64,000 nt of DNA from Anaerolineaceae bacterium UBA5404 (lineage in GTDB: Bacteria; Chloroflexota; Anaerolineae; Anaerolineales; Anaerolineaceae). Below, piece after piece: positions 46,613-55,701 of the stretch. The stretch spans positions 38,320 to 102,319 of the forward strand of contig DHNY01000009.1 of assembly GCA_002409625.1 (NCBI GenBank), read 5' to 3'. A program made the translations under genes and the position numbers. The notes beneath the pieces were generated by a model, which made no database searches, had not been told where the DNA came from, and saw only the letters and a program-made list of their open reading frames with translations. How positions within the stretch are numbered: position 1 is the first letter of the stretch; each line of letters opens with the position of its first letter.

Positions 46613-46969
46613 ATGGAAGAGAAAAACTTTATCTGCACCGCATGTCCGATGGGCTGCAAATTGATTGTGCGCATGGAAAATGATGAAGTCATTCAGGTTT
46701 TGGGGCATCGTTGCCGGCGTGGTGAGGGCTACGGACGCCAGGAAGCCACAGCGCCCAAACGCATGCTCGCCACTACGGTTCGCACGATTAATGGCAAGCA
46801 TCCCTTGTTGCCGGTTTACACTTCAAGCGAAGTGCCAAAAGCAAAAATGGCAGAGATTCTTGCCATCTTACGCCAGGTTGAAATCAGCTGCCCTGTAAAA
46901 ATGGGTGATGTGGTTTTGGAAAACATAGCCGATACAGGTATTGATATTTTAGCAAGCCGGGATATGTAA
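46613..46969 (+). CDS. DUF1667 domain protein (Cys-rich small subunit)
   Basis: 'FICTACPMGCKL...GHRCRRGEGY' Cys pattern; third gene of the conserved set; ATG at 46613 preceded by GGAGG. Confidence 0.7.
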   Translation: MEEKNFICTACPMGCKLIVRMENDEVIQVLGHRCRRGEGYGRQEATAPKRMLATTVRTINGKHPLLPVYTSSEVPKAKMAEILAILRQVEISCPVKMGDVVLENIADTGIDILASRDM

Positions 46970-46987
46970 GTTTGACCTAAAAGGGGT

Positions 46988-48979
46988 TTATTCGCTTTGC
47001 CCGTGTCCTAGAACAATAAACTTTTCGATGCCAAAAACATCGTCAAAGTTGTTTTCGTCCACCACAAAAAAGCGCACTTTGCCATCCCACAAACGGTTAG
47101 AATCTGCCGCGAGCAGTTTGCCGTCTGTCTTTGCCAGGATAAGCCCAACATGTCCGGGCAAACCGTCAAACACAAACACATCACCCGCTTTGTAACTGTC
47201 AATCGTCAAGGACTTGCCCACCAAAATCCTTTCACCGCCATATCCAACGCTGTTTGTGCCTTCTGTGCCGTAAACATAGCTTGGGATCAGTTGCCCGGCG
47301 AATTCCACCGGTGCGCTGCTGATGTCAGGCAAAGCAAGCGAGGGGTATAAATCAGTCAGGATCATCACAAACCCGATACATTGCAATGGCTCGCCCTTGA
47401 TCTGACGATTGGCGCCCTTATCTATCACCCGACTGATGTTTGCCTCCGGATTTTCAGGCGCGCCTTGATAGCGGGCATACCAGTCAGAATCCTTGATATA
47501 TGCATTCAAAAATTGCCCTTGGTCTTCAACATAGCTGTTAACCGTGTTGGCAAAATCCATAATATCCTGCAAGGTGGGGTCTGCCGCGATAATCTCAGCA
47601 AAAGCCTCAATGTTCTCAACATCATAAATCATGCGGGAAAGTTGTTCGGTGTTGGTCTCTGCGAGCGGATAGTAGCGAACAGCCCTCTGGATTTCTTCCG
47701 CTTTGAGTCCGCTTTCATGTTTCGTCTCGCGGAATTGTTGCACTTCCTCAGAAAGCGTTTTTAGCATTGCCAATTGGTCTTTGGGTGCTTCTTCAGAAAA
47801 GCTAAGCGAAACAAGCATTCCCATATCTGAAGGTCCATCCACACCATTTTCCCAGGTTTCATCAAAGTCCAAACCCGTGCGGAAAATATGCAGGTTGAAT
47901 TCAAGATAAGCGGTTTTAGGCTGCTTCCATTTGAGGTCAAATTTTTGATACTGCTCTGGCCCGAATTCGATGGCAGAATCCACCAAAAAGCGCGGGAAGC
48001 TAAAAGGCCCTTGGTGGTAAAGATCACGGTGGGCGTGCTTTTCCTGGAACAAATAGTTAGGATAACCATCCGCAATCAATAAGGTAGAAAGACCTGTGGC
48101 AATCGCGCAAATACCATTGGCACGGATGGGCGACTTGAATTTATTAAGCCCATCTTTATAGAGGTTGAAAAACTCTCCATTAGCCAAACCCACCAAACCC
48201 AGGTAAGAGTAATCATGCCCTTGCAAAAACGCGCCACTGTTTTCCTGTATGGCAGAGATTTGTTTCAATGCCAGCAATATGTTCTCGACTTTATTGGGGT
48301 AGATATCATCCCGGGTGGCAGTAAAAGTGACCACAGCGTTGTCGCTTTGTTCCAAATCGGCAAAATCCAGCTGGCTACCATCCGGGGCATGCACCGAGAG
48401 AGGCATAGCAAGCACCCAGGTTTGATGCGTGTTATAGCTGTTGGCAAGCAGCCCCAGGCTCAATTCAATGCCATTTGGCAAAGAGAAAACCTTAATCTTT
48501 TCGAGTTGAAAATCAAAGCCAAGCGGCACCGGAACAAGTTGAACATCCCAGATTGTTTCCATTAAGAAATCAGGCCGCAAGGGAATCATAAAGAGCGGTG
48601 TCTCGCGCAAGGTTTTAATGCGGGTTCCTTCGGGCACCTCATGCGTTTCTAAGACAGTTACTTGCTCATGGTTTTGAGCAAAGAATTCCCAGGCGATGTC
48701 TTCAAGCTCTTCAGGGCTAAACAGATTCGGTGTGGCTGATGGCGTTGGGCTTGGGCTTGGTTCTGGCGTTGCGCTGGGCACTGAAGTGGGGCTAGCGTTT
48801 ACGGTTGGGCTTGCGGTAGGACTTATCACATTGCTAGGGAGCGATGTTTCCGTGAACTGCGGTGAGACAGTTAGCGCGGTATTGGCATTCAAACCACAGG
48901 CATTAAGTATCAACAGCAATGCCAACACAAGGCTCAAAACAGTCACTGAGCTTCGCATGGAGGTTTGTTCGCTATCCAA
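46988..48979 (-). CDS. large lipoprotein with a C-terminal CHAP/NlpC-P60-like cysteine peptidase domain
   Basis: Lipobox 'LLILNACG' and a Ser/Pro/Thr-rich linker. The C-terminus has 'GEPLQCIGFVMIL' (CHAP-like catalytic Cys context) and 'GDVFVFDGLPGHVGLILA' (catalytic His context). Confidence 0.55.
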   Translation of the reverse strand: MDSEQTSMRSSVTVLSLVLALLLILNACGLNANTALTVSPQFTETSLPSNVISPTASPTVNASPTSVPSATPEPSPSPTPSATPNLFSPEELEDIAWEFFAQNHEQVTVLETHEVPEGTRIKTLRETPLFMIPLRPDFLMETIWDVQLVPVPLGFDFQLEKIKVFSLPNGIELSLGLLANSYNTHQTWVLAMPLSVHAPDGSQLDFADLEQSDNAVVTFTATRDDIYPNKVENILLALKQISAIQENSGAFLQGHDYSYLGLVGLANGEFFNLYKDGLNKFKSPIRANGICAIATGLSTLLIADGYPNYLFQEKHAHRDLYHQGPFSFPRFLVDSAIEFGPEQYQKFDLKWKQPKTAYLEFNLHIFRTGLDFDETWENGVDGPSDMGMLVSLSFSEEAPKDQLAMLKTLSEEVQQFRETKHESGLKAEEIQRAVRYYPLAETNTEQLSRMIYDVENIEAFAEIIAADPTLQDIMDFANTVNSYVEDQGQFLNAYIKDSDWYARYQGAPENPEANISRVIDKGANRQIKGEPLQCIGFVMILTDLYPSLALPDISSAPVEFAGQLIPSYVYGTEGTNSVGYGGERILVGKSLTIDSYKAGDVFVFDGLPGHVGLILAKTDGKLLAADSNRLWDGKVRFFVVDENNFDDVFGIEKFIVLGHGQSE

Positions 48980-49014
48980 TTCGCTCCTAAGAAACCTGTC
49001 CCAAAAGCTTAGGC

Positions 49015-49806
49015 TTAGGCGCGTTCTTCTTGCACAATCTTAACGCCGCTGCTGGTGCCAATGCGACTTGCGCCGGCTGCAATCATGGCTTGCGCATCGG
49101 CAAGACTGCGCACACCACCAGATGCCTTAACACCCATCTCAGGTCCAACCACAGCGCGCATCAGGCGCACATCCTCAAGCGTTGCTCCGCCACCGCCAAA
49201 ACCGGTTGAGGTCTTCACAAAATCAGCACCCATTGCTTTGGCAATTAGGCAGGCAGTCACTTTTTCATCTTCGGTCAAAAGGCAAGTTTCGATAATCACC
49301 TTCACGATAACATCATGCAAATGCGCAATGCGTACCACCTGGCGGATATCATGTGCCACGTTGGCAAGTTCATCGGCTTTTAACTCGCCAATGTTGATAA
49401 CCATATCAATTTCTGTGGCACCTTGCATAATGGCATCTTCGGTCTCAAACACCTTGGCTTCGGTGCTCATTGCCCCAAGTGGAAAGCCAACCACGGCAGC
49501 AACTTGAACATCCGTACCTTCCAAAATTTCGACACAGGTATTCACCCAATAGCTGTTCACACAAACCGCACCAAAGTTATATTGAGCAGCCTCTTTACAA
49601 AGGCTTACAATTTGTTCTTCGGTGGCATCAGGCTTCAGCAGGGTATGGTCAATGAGTGCGGCGATATCTGAGCCCTCTTGTGGCGCGGCGTCATCCAGTT
49701 CAATCTCAACTAAGCGGCCACGATGATCAAACTTTGCGCTCAGCATCTTATCGCCATATCTGGCATTTTTCTTGCGATGATATTCAAAAGTCATTTCCTC
49801 GTCCAT
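49015..49806 (-). CDS. deoC: deoxyribose-phosphate aldolase
   Basis: '[16 protein letters not shown]', 'VCVN', 'VKVIIE' and Schiff-base Lys context '[11 protein letters not shown]'; about 40 aa longer at the N-terminus than typical DeoC, but the ATG at 49806 has a GGAGAA RBS. Confidence 0.88.
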   Translation of the reverse strand: MDEEMTFEYHRKKNARYGDKMLSAKFDHRGRLVEIELDDAAPQEGSDIAALIDHTLLKPDATEEQIVSLCKEAAQYNFGAVCVNSYWVNTCVEILEGTDVQVAAVVGFPLGAMSTEAKVFETEDAIMQGATEIDMVINIGELKADELANVAHDIRQVVRIAHLHDVIVKVIIETCLLTEDEKVTACLIAKAMGADFVKTSTGFGGGGATLEDVRLMRAVVGPEMGVKASGGVRSLADAQAMIAAGASRIGTSSGVKIVQEERA

Positions 49807-49864
49807 GGTTTTCTCCGTTAGGTTTTCTGCTTCTATTTTACACGCCTTGGGTGCAATTTCTCAA

Positions 49865-51679
49865 CTATCGTCCCAGGCAGACGTATTTGCAACTTATAAA
49901 TTCACCATTGATGGTGTAACCAAGAACACATTCCTCTTTCTCTGGTGGAAAAGCTTCAGTCAGGCTTTTGGCATGTGTCGCAAAGAAGTCAAACTCTGCT
50001 TTTTCGGGCACTTTGTAAGTATGCCACTTGCCTGGAGGATCCTGATCTTCCACTTTCAAGGAGCGGCAAGCCAGCACCTTAGCCAAATTTTCACGCATTT
50101 CCTCAGGTTGTTCTGGCATGAGATAGTGTCGATAAAGCTCAGGAATGGCTTCTTCACCCATGGATAAAGCCAGGTACGAGCCATCAAACCTTGCTCTGGA
50201 GCTGGTTTTGTGCTCCTGTTTCATGATTAAAGTGGCTTGATTGATGTTCAAGCGCGTAATGGTTTTATCCACATTGACCGCGGCTAAGGTGATCCCAAAC
50301 AAGAAACTACTCACCAGCAAGACCAAAGCCAGGCGTTTTAGGTTTCGGCTTATTTCCATCACTGCCAAAGCCACCAGAATCAGTGCCAGGAAAATCATAA
50401 AGACATGCGCCACCAAGCGATCGCGGGTAAAGCCATAAGCCGCTTCATAAAGTAATAGACGCTGAAAGGCAGAGACCAACATCAAACCCACCAAAACCAA
50501 GAGCAAAGTAGCCAAAACTGAGAAAGACACTTTTTGCAATTTTGTTTCGCGCTTTGTCACTGAAGAAAAAAGGTAATGCACCACGGCGGCAATGCTCGCA
50601 GCAACCATTAATTCCCTAAATCCGCTCGTGGCATAGCTTGAGTAAGTATGCCCATCAATGGCGATGTTCGCAGCACCGCCAAAAAAGTAAGCCCATTGCC
50701 CCACGATAAAAACCAGGAACATCACACTCACCAAAGCCAAGGCAACCATGGCAGCGGTATGCGCCAAGAAAGGGGACACCAAAGCTTCATCCGGTTCAAG
50801 CCTTTCTTTGCCGTGTGAGCGGCTAAGCATATAGTACAAAGCGCCTGCAATGCCCCAAAAGAAAAACAACACTAAAAACAACTGAGGCCAAAACTTTTCG
50901 AACCTGTAAAACCTGAATAAGTCCAAAAATGCTTTAATGTTTGCGGCAAATTGACTATCCGCTGAGCCTAATAACCTGCCAAAGATGAGTAAAAGCGGGA
51001 TAGCAATGGCAACGCCCAGTAAAACGGTGCCCACAGTGTGTAAAACCTTTTTAGACTTAGGAGCATCCGCCTTGTTTTTATTCACGTCCACAATCGCGCG
51101 TGGCAAGCCGATCATGGTGTGGATGCCAAAAAAGAAATGGCGCTTGATGGTTTCACGGATGCGGTAGCCAACCCACTGCCCGCTCAGCATACTTGCCATC
51201 AACAAAGACAGCCCCATCAAAACAAAGATAATCAAAGCGGCGTTTGTGTATGGCTCCGTTCGGAACACAGTCAAAATAGAAGAGGCTGACACCATCGCCA
51301 TTAGCGGGAAGCTTTGCCAGGGGATTTTGCGTTTTTCAGTCAAGCTCAAAACAAGCGCGCCTACCATTATAGCGTTCACAATAATGGCAAACTGCTTACC
51401 AAAAGCTTGCTCAAAGACGAGCAAATCAATGCCTAAAGCCAAAAGGAAAGCCACAAGCAACATCAGCCAGTGTCTTTTGATTGGTGCGACATCCTTTTTG
51501 GTTGCTTGATGTGGTGGCGGAGGAGCCATTGTAATGGGCATGGGCTGTTCCGCGGGTAAATTGTAATCAACAAAAGGCTTTTCATCTCCTTTGGGTTGAT
51601 TATATTGAATAGCTTCATTTTCAGTATTCACGACTAAAAGTCCTTTCACAATGATTGTATCGCAATCCATCATAGACAC
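49865..51679 (-). CDS. polytopic membrane protein of unknown function with a C-terminal soluble domain
   Basis: 604 aa, at least 10 predicted TM helices; possibly DUF4153/DUF4173-like; no catalytic motif recognised. Confidence 0.45.
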   Translation of the reverse strand: MSMMDCDTIIVKGLLVVNTENEAIQYNQPKGDEKPFVDYNLPAEQPMPITMAPPPPHQATKKDVAPIKRHWLMLLVAFLLALGIDLLVFEQAFGKQFAIIVNAIMVGALVLSLTEKRKIPWQSFPLMAMVSASSILTVFRTEPYTNAALIIFVLMGLSLLMASMLSGQWVGYRIRETIKRHFFFGIHTMIGLPRAIVDVNKNKADAPKSKKVLHTVGTVLLGVAIAIPLLLIFGRLLGSADSQFAANIKAFLDLFRFYRFEKFWPQLFLVLFFFWGIAGALYYMLSRSHGKERLEPDEALVSPFLAHTAAMVALALVSVMFLVFIVGQWAYFFGGAANIAIDGHTYSSYATSGFRELMVAASIAAVVHYLFSSVTKRETKLQKVSFSVLATLLLVLVGLMLVSAFQRLLLYEAAYGFTRDRLVAHVFMIFLALILVALAVMEISRNLKRLALVLLVSSFLFGITLAAVNVDKTITRLNINQATLIMKQEHKTSSRARFDGSYLALSMGEEAIPELYRHYLMPEQPEEMRENLAKVLACRSLKVEDQDPPGKWHTYKVPEKAEFDFFATHAKSLTEAFPPEKEECVLGYTINGEFISCKYVCLGR

Positions 51680-51858
51680 TTAATCGTATCAAGCCCTCTC
51701 AAAAGCTATCATTACTCGTTAAAAGACTCGCATTTACCAAAAAAACACCTTATTTTTAATGGTTAGTACCTTGGCTTTTAACTTTTCATTCGACAAAATC
51801 TTATAGACTCGTGTCCAGTTATGCTATACTTCGTTATTATGACCAGAAGAGGTCACCT

Positions 51859-52713
51859 ATGAAAAAAGTAAAAATTTTTACCGACTCCTCCGCATATCTC
51901 CCCAAGGAATATGCCGAAAAGTATGACATTGATATTTTGCCTTTGACCCTCAATTGGCAAGGTGAATCGTATCTGGATGGCGTTGATATTAGCGCCACAG
52001 AGTTCTACACGCAGCTCGCCCAAAGCACGGCTCTTGGCACCACCAGCGCGGTTTCAATGGGTCAATTTATTGAAGCTTTTCAACCCTACCACGAACAAGG
52101 TCGCGATATTTTCTACCTGGGTATCACTAGCGGCTTGAGCGCAACGGTCGACTCGGCGCTTCAAGCCAAAAAAGCAATGGGCGACCCTGAAAACATCATC
52201 GCCAAAAACTCCAAACTTGTGTCAATGGCACTTTCACTGATGGTCATCGAAGTTGCCAAAAAAGCCGAACAGGGTGCAACTCTAGCCGAGTTGGATGCGC
52301 TTTCAGACGATCTTTTTAACCGTATTGGCGTTTACTTCACCGTGGATGATTTGGTTTACCTCCATCGCGGTGGGCGCATTAATACTGCCAAACGCCTTTT
52401 GGGCTCTGCGCTCAACCTCAAACCCATCCTCATGATCCGAGGTGGCAAAATTGAGTTGGTTGAAAGCGTGCGGTCCAAGAAAAAAGCCCTCAAACGCATG
52501 GTTGACCTGATTGAGCGTGACGTAGACGGACGTAAACCAGTCACACTGGCGCCTTTCCATGCCCTGGGATTTGACGAAATGGTCGCTATGGAAGAAGACG
52601 CCGTGGCGCGGATGAACCCCATTCAAATCATTCGCTCTGAAATCAGCCCGGTGGTAGGCAGCCACGTTGGCCCTGGCACAGTCAGCATGGCTTACCTGGT
52701 TGGCGAAGATTAA
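51859..52713 (+). CDS. DegV family fatty-acid-binding protein
   Basis: 'KIFTDSSAYLPKEYAEKYDIDILPL', 'FYLGITSGLSAT', 'HVGPGTV'; start set at the ATG at 51859. Confidence 0.88.
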   Translation: MKKVKIFTDSSAYLPKEYAEKYDIDILPLTLNWQGESYLDGVDISATEFYTQLAQSTALGTTSAVSMGQFIEAFQPYHEQGRDIFYLGITSGLSATVDSALQAKKAMGDPENIIAKNSKLVSMALSLMVIEVAKKAEQGATLAELDALSDDLFNRIGVYFTVDDLVYLHRGGRINTAKRLLGSALNLKPILMIRGGKIELVESVRSKKKALKRMVDLIERDVDGRKPVTLAPFHALGFDEMVAMEEDAVARMNPIQIIRSEISPVVGSHVGPGTVSMAYLVGED

Positions 52714-52746
52714 TCCTGCTTTTTAAATCCAAACCCTAAAACCAAA

Positions 52747-52774
52747 ACCCCCAAGTTGAAAGCTTGGGGGTTTT
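52747..52774. terminator. bidirectional rho-independent terminator
   Basis: AAAA-CCCCCAAG-TTGAAA-GCTTGGGGG-TTTT between the convergent DegV and serpin genes. Confidence 0.8.
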
Positions 52775-52825
52775 CTTGCGGATGTGAAATGTGTTTTCAC
52801 GTTCAGGAGGAGAACAATTTCACCT

Positions 52826-54097
52826 CTAGGGCTTTAAAACATGTCCCATAAAGATGACAGCTTTAGTCTCAGTATTGTAGATAAGATAGATAAAGGGTTT
52901 GTCAAAGCTTATGCTCAGTTTCTCGGGAGAGGGCATCGCTTTTTCCTCCACAATAACAGCGGTAGCAGCGGCAGCTTCGGTACCTTCTTCATTCACATCA
53001 ATAAATGCCTTATGAACAACATCACTAATCAGCAAATCCTGACTGCCGGTCATGCCAGAAAAATCTGCTGATCCTGTAAAAGCTGAAGGCATACCCATTT
53101 CAATCAATTTTTCCTTTAAATCGATGGCGCTTTCAGCCTCAAACTTGGGTAGCTTGATGCTGAGCATGGGGTTTTTCCATTCAAGGTCTACCAATAGGCT
53201 CTCTAACACGTCAGTATCAAAAGCTTTTTGATAGGCAAGAAAATCCTCAGGCATGATCAGCGCCATGGCATAAGTGTGCCCAAGATAGGGCAAAATAGCT
53301 GCTGAAACATCCTCATTCACCAGGGCGTTAGCTTCAAATGTAGCAGACATCATATCAACTTTTTGTTGTGCACCATCAAGTGTGTTAAACACATCCTTTT
53401 TAGTGTTTCCAACTTCAAATTTGTTTCGCCATGCCCCTTTAAAATAGACTGCATTGGTCAAAACCAGGCGTGTCAATTCGCTCAAGAGGTCTTCAGGGAT
53501 TAAATCCTTGATTTTATCGTTGGTTTGAGCAGCAACCCAGGTGTTTATCAGCTTGCTTGCTTCTTCAGGTTTGCTAAAATCCACGAGCTTGAGTCCAGCT
53601 GCGTAATTGGCAGATAATTTGTCAAGGAAGCTTTGCTCAAAGTGATAATCCTTCTGCGCCCACAAAGCATTGGCAATGTTGAAGACCAAAGGCTGCAATT
53701 CATCGTCACCATAATCTGGCGCGTACTGCAAGACCTTATTGAGTGCATTCATCAGGTTATGCGCTTCCTCGTTATCGCTGAGACCCAAAATTTTCATCAT
53801 TTCGGCTTCAGTCTCACCTTTCGCGCCGGCATAGGTCATCACCAAAGCCTGGTAGATGCTGTAAGGTGAATAAATCAAGTTTTCCTCATCAGCCAAAAGT
53901 TGGTAAAGCGCCAGGGCGAACTGGTTGTTTGCCTCTGCCATTTTAGCGAGGTCTTCTTGGCTGGCTTGGGGATCTGTGATGTATGCCACCTTTCCTTTAA
54001 CATCTTTTGCGTTCTCGATGGGAACAGCGGGATTACATGCGCTTAGTAAAAAACTCATCACCAGGATCCCAATCAATAGGGTTCTAAATCGTTTCAT
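52826..54097 (-). CDS. serpin family lipoprotein (paralog 1)
   Basis: Lipobox 'FLLSAC'. Serpin hinge/RCL 'NEEGTEAAAATAVIVEEKAMPSPEK' followed by 'FDKPFIYLIYN'. Start set at the ATG at 54097 (MKRFRT), preceded by GGAGAAAG. Confidence 0.88.
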   Translation of the reverse strand: MKRFRTLLIGILVMSFLLSACNPAVPIENAKDVKGKVAYITDPQASQEDLAKMAEANNQFALALYQLLADEENLIYSPYSIYQALVMTYAGAKGETEAEMMKILGLSDNEEAHNLMNALNKVLQYAPDYGDDELQPLVFNIANALWAQKDYHFEQSFLDKLSANYAAGLKLVDFSKPEEASKLINTWVAAQTNDKIKDLIPEDLLSELTRLVLTNAVYFKGAWRNKFEVGNTKKDVFNTLDGAQQKVDMMSATFEANALVNEDVSAAILPYLGHTYAMALIMPEDFLAYQKAFDTDVLESLLVDLEWKNPMLSIKLPKFEAESAIDLKEKLIEMGMPSAFTGSADFSGMTGSQDLLISDVVHKAFIDVNEEGTEAAAATAVIVEEKAMPSPEKLSISFDKPFIYLIYNTETKAVIFMGHVLKP

Positions 54098-54130
54098 TCT
54101 TTCTCCGATACTCTCTCGCTTCTCGTCAAA

Positions 54131-54159
54131 CTGATCCCCTGAGGGTTTCAGGGGATCAG
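54131..54159 (-). other. perfect 12-bp stem-loop between the two serpin genes
   Basis: CTGATCCCCTGA-GGGTT-TCAGGGGATCAG; only TTT follows on the transcribed strand, so it may be an attenuator or stability element rather than a strong terminator. Confidence 0.6.
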
Positions 54160-54176
54160 CATCTATCATTTGCAGG

Positions 54177-55547
54177 TTAGGGGTTGACCACTTGTCCCAT
54201 AAAGACAATAGCGTTTGTCTGGGTGTTGTAAATCATATAGATGAAAGGATTGTCAAGGTTGATGGTCAGTTCTTCTGCGGGCATACTGGTGGTCGACATG
54301 CCAACGATGGTCGCAGCAGCCGCTTCAGTACCCTCTTCATTGACATCGATGAAAGCCTTGTGGATCACATCGCTGATATAGAGGTCCTTCTCACCGGTCA
54401 TGCCAGAGAAATCCGCCTTATCCTTATCAAAAGCATCACCCATACCTATTCCATTCAAAGTTTTACCAAGGTCAAAGGTGGTTTCAGTCTTAAACTTGGG
54501 CATCTTGAGATGAACCATGGCATGGCTCATACTTAGGTCTGCAAAGAGTTTGCTCAAGACTTCTGCGTCTAAAGCTTTTTGGTAAGCCTCAAAATCCTTG
54601 GGCATTACCAAAGCCATTGCAAAGTTACCACCTTCATATGGCAAAACCACTGCACTAAAGTCATCGTTCATGATGCCAGCGGTTTGCATGCTTGCCGCCA
54701 TCATATCAACATCGATCGTGGTGCCGTCCATCAGGGTAAATGGGGCTTTTGCGGTATCTTTTGCGTCAAAACGATTGTTCCATGCGCCTTTGAAGTAGAC
54801 TGCGTTACTGAGCACCAAACGGGTCATTTCAGTTAACATACCATCAGGGATAATGTCTTTGATTTTGTCGTTAGTCTCAAAAGCAACCCAGTGATTAATC
54901 AGTTTCTGAACATCTTGGGGATAGTTGAAATCAACCAGCCTCACACCAGCAGCATAGTTGGCAGAAAGTTTGTCCAAAAAACTTTGTTCAAAATGGAAAT
55001 CCTTTTGCACCCACAAAGCGTTGGCGATGTTGAAAATCAAGCGTTGAACACCCGGAACATCCATGGTTGTAGGATCTTGCAACGTGAGGTTCAAGGCGTT
55101 CATTACATTATGCACGTCCTCAATCTCTTTTACGCCAAGCGCAGCCATCATTTGTTGGGCAGTCTCGCTTTCAGCTCCGGCATAAGTCATCATCAAAGCC
55201 TGGTAGATGCTAAAGGGCGAGTAAATCAAATTTCCTTGCTCATCGGTCAGCTGCTTATAAAGCGCCAATGCAAATTGGTTATTCGCCTGAGCTAATTTCT
55301 CAATATCTTCAAGCTTGGCTTCAGGATTGGTAATATGCACCTGATTACCGATGGTCACCTGAGATGGATCAATAATAGGTTCAACCTCCACAGGATATTT
55401 GTCTTGTATCGGTTCTTTGTCCACAATGGGTTCTTCACTTTGATCAGGATCAGGAAGGTCCACTGGATCGGTTACTACGGGAGTACAGGCACTTAGCGCG
55501 ATGCTAAGAACCAAACCTAATGTCAAAAGTAATTTATGCAATTTCAT
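54177..55547 (-). CDS. serpin family lipoprotein (paralog 2)
   Basis: Lipobox 'ALSAC'. Hinge/RCL 'NEEGTEAAAATIVGMSTTSMPAEEL' followed by 'LDNPFIYMIYN'. Start set at the ATG at 55547 (MKLHKLLL), preceded by AAGGAG; the track N-terminal extension overlaps the upstream gene. Confidence 0.88.
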   Translation of the reverse strand: MKLHKLLLTLGLVLSIALSACTPVVTDPVDLPDPDQSEEPIVDKEPIQDKYPVEVEPIIDPSQVTIGNQVHITNPEAKLEDIEKLAQANNQFALALYKQLTDEQGNLIYSPFSIYQALMMTYAGAESETAQQMMAALGVKEIEDVHNVMNALNLTLQDPTTMDVPGVQRLIFNIANALWVQKDFHFEQSFLDKLSANYAAGVRLVDFNYPQDVQKLINHWVAFETNDKIKDIIPDGMLTEMTRLVLSNAVYFKGAWNNRFDAKDTAKAPFTLMDGTTIDVDMMAASMQTAGIMNDDFSAVVLPYEGGNFAMALVMPKDFEAYQKALDAEVLSKLFADLSMSHAMVHLKMPKFKTETTFDLGKTLNGIGMGDAFDKDKADFSGMTGEKDLYISDVIHKAFIDVNEEGTEAAAATIVGMSTTSMPAEELTINLDNPFIYMIYNTQTNAIVFMGQVVNP

Positions 55548-55622
55548 ATCTTTCTCCTTATTCTTCATTGCTTTTCGCCTATAAGACGCCAAAACGCTTT
55601 TTTTAGTTCCCAAGCTCAAACT

Positions 55623-55656
55623 AAAGCCTGCCATCCCAAATGAGCTGGCAGGCTTT
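55623..55656 (-). terminator. terminator-like hairpin after the DUF218 gene
   Basis: AAAGCCTGCCA-loop-TGGCAGGCTTT, an 11-bp stem with A/T flanks. Confidence 0.5.
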
Positions 55657-55701
55657 ATGCGGAAGTTTTGTCGCTGATAGAGGGTCAGCGATTTAACCAA
55701 A

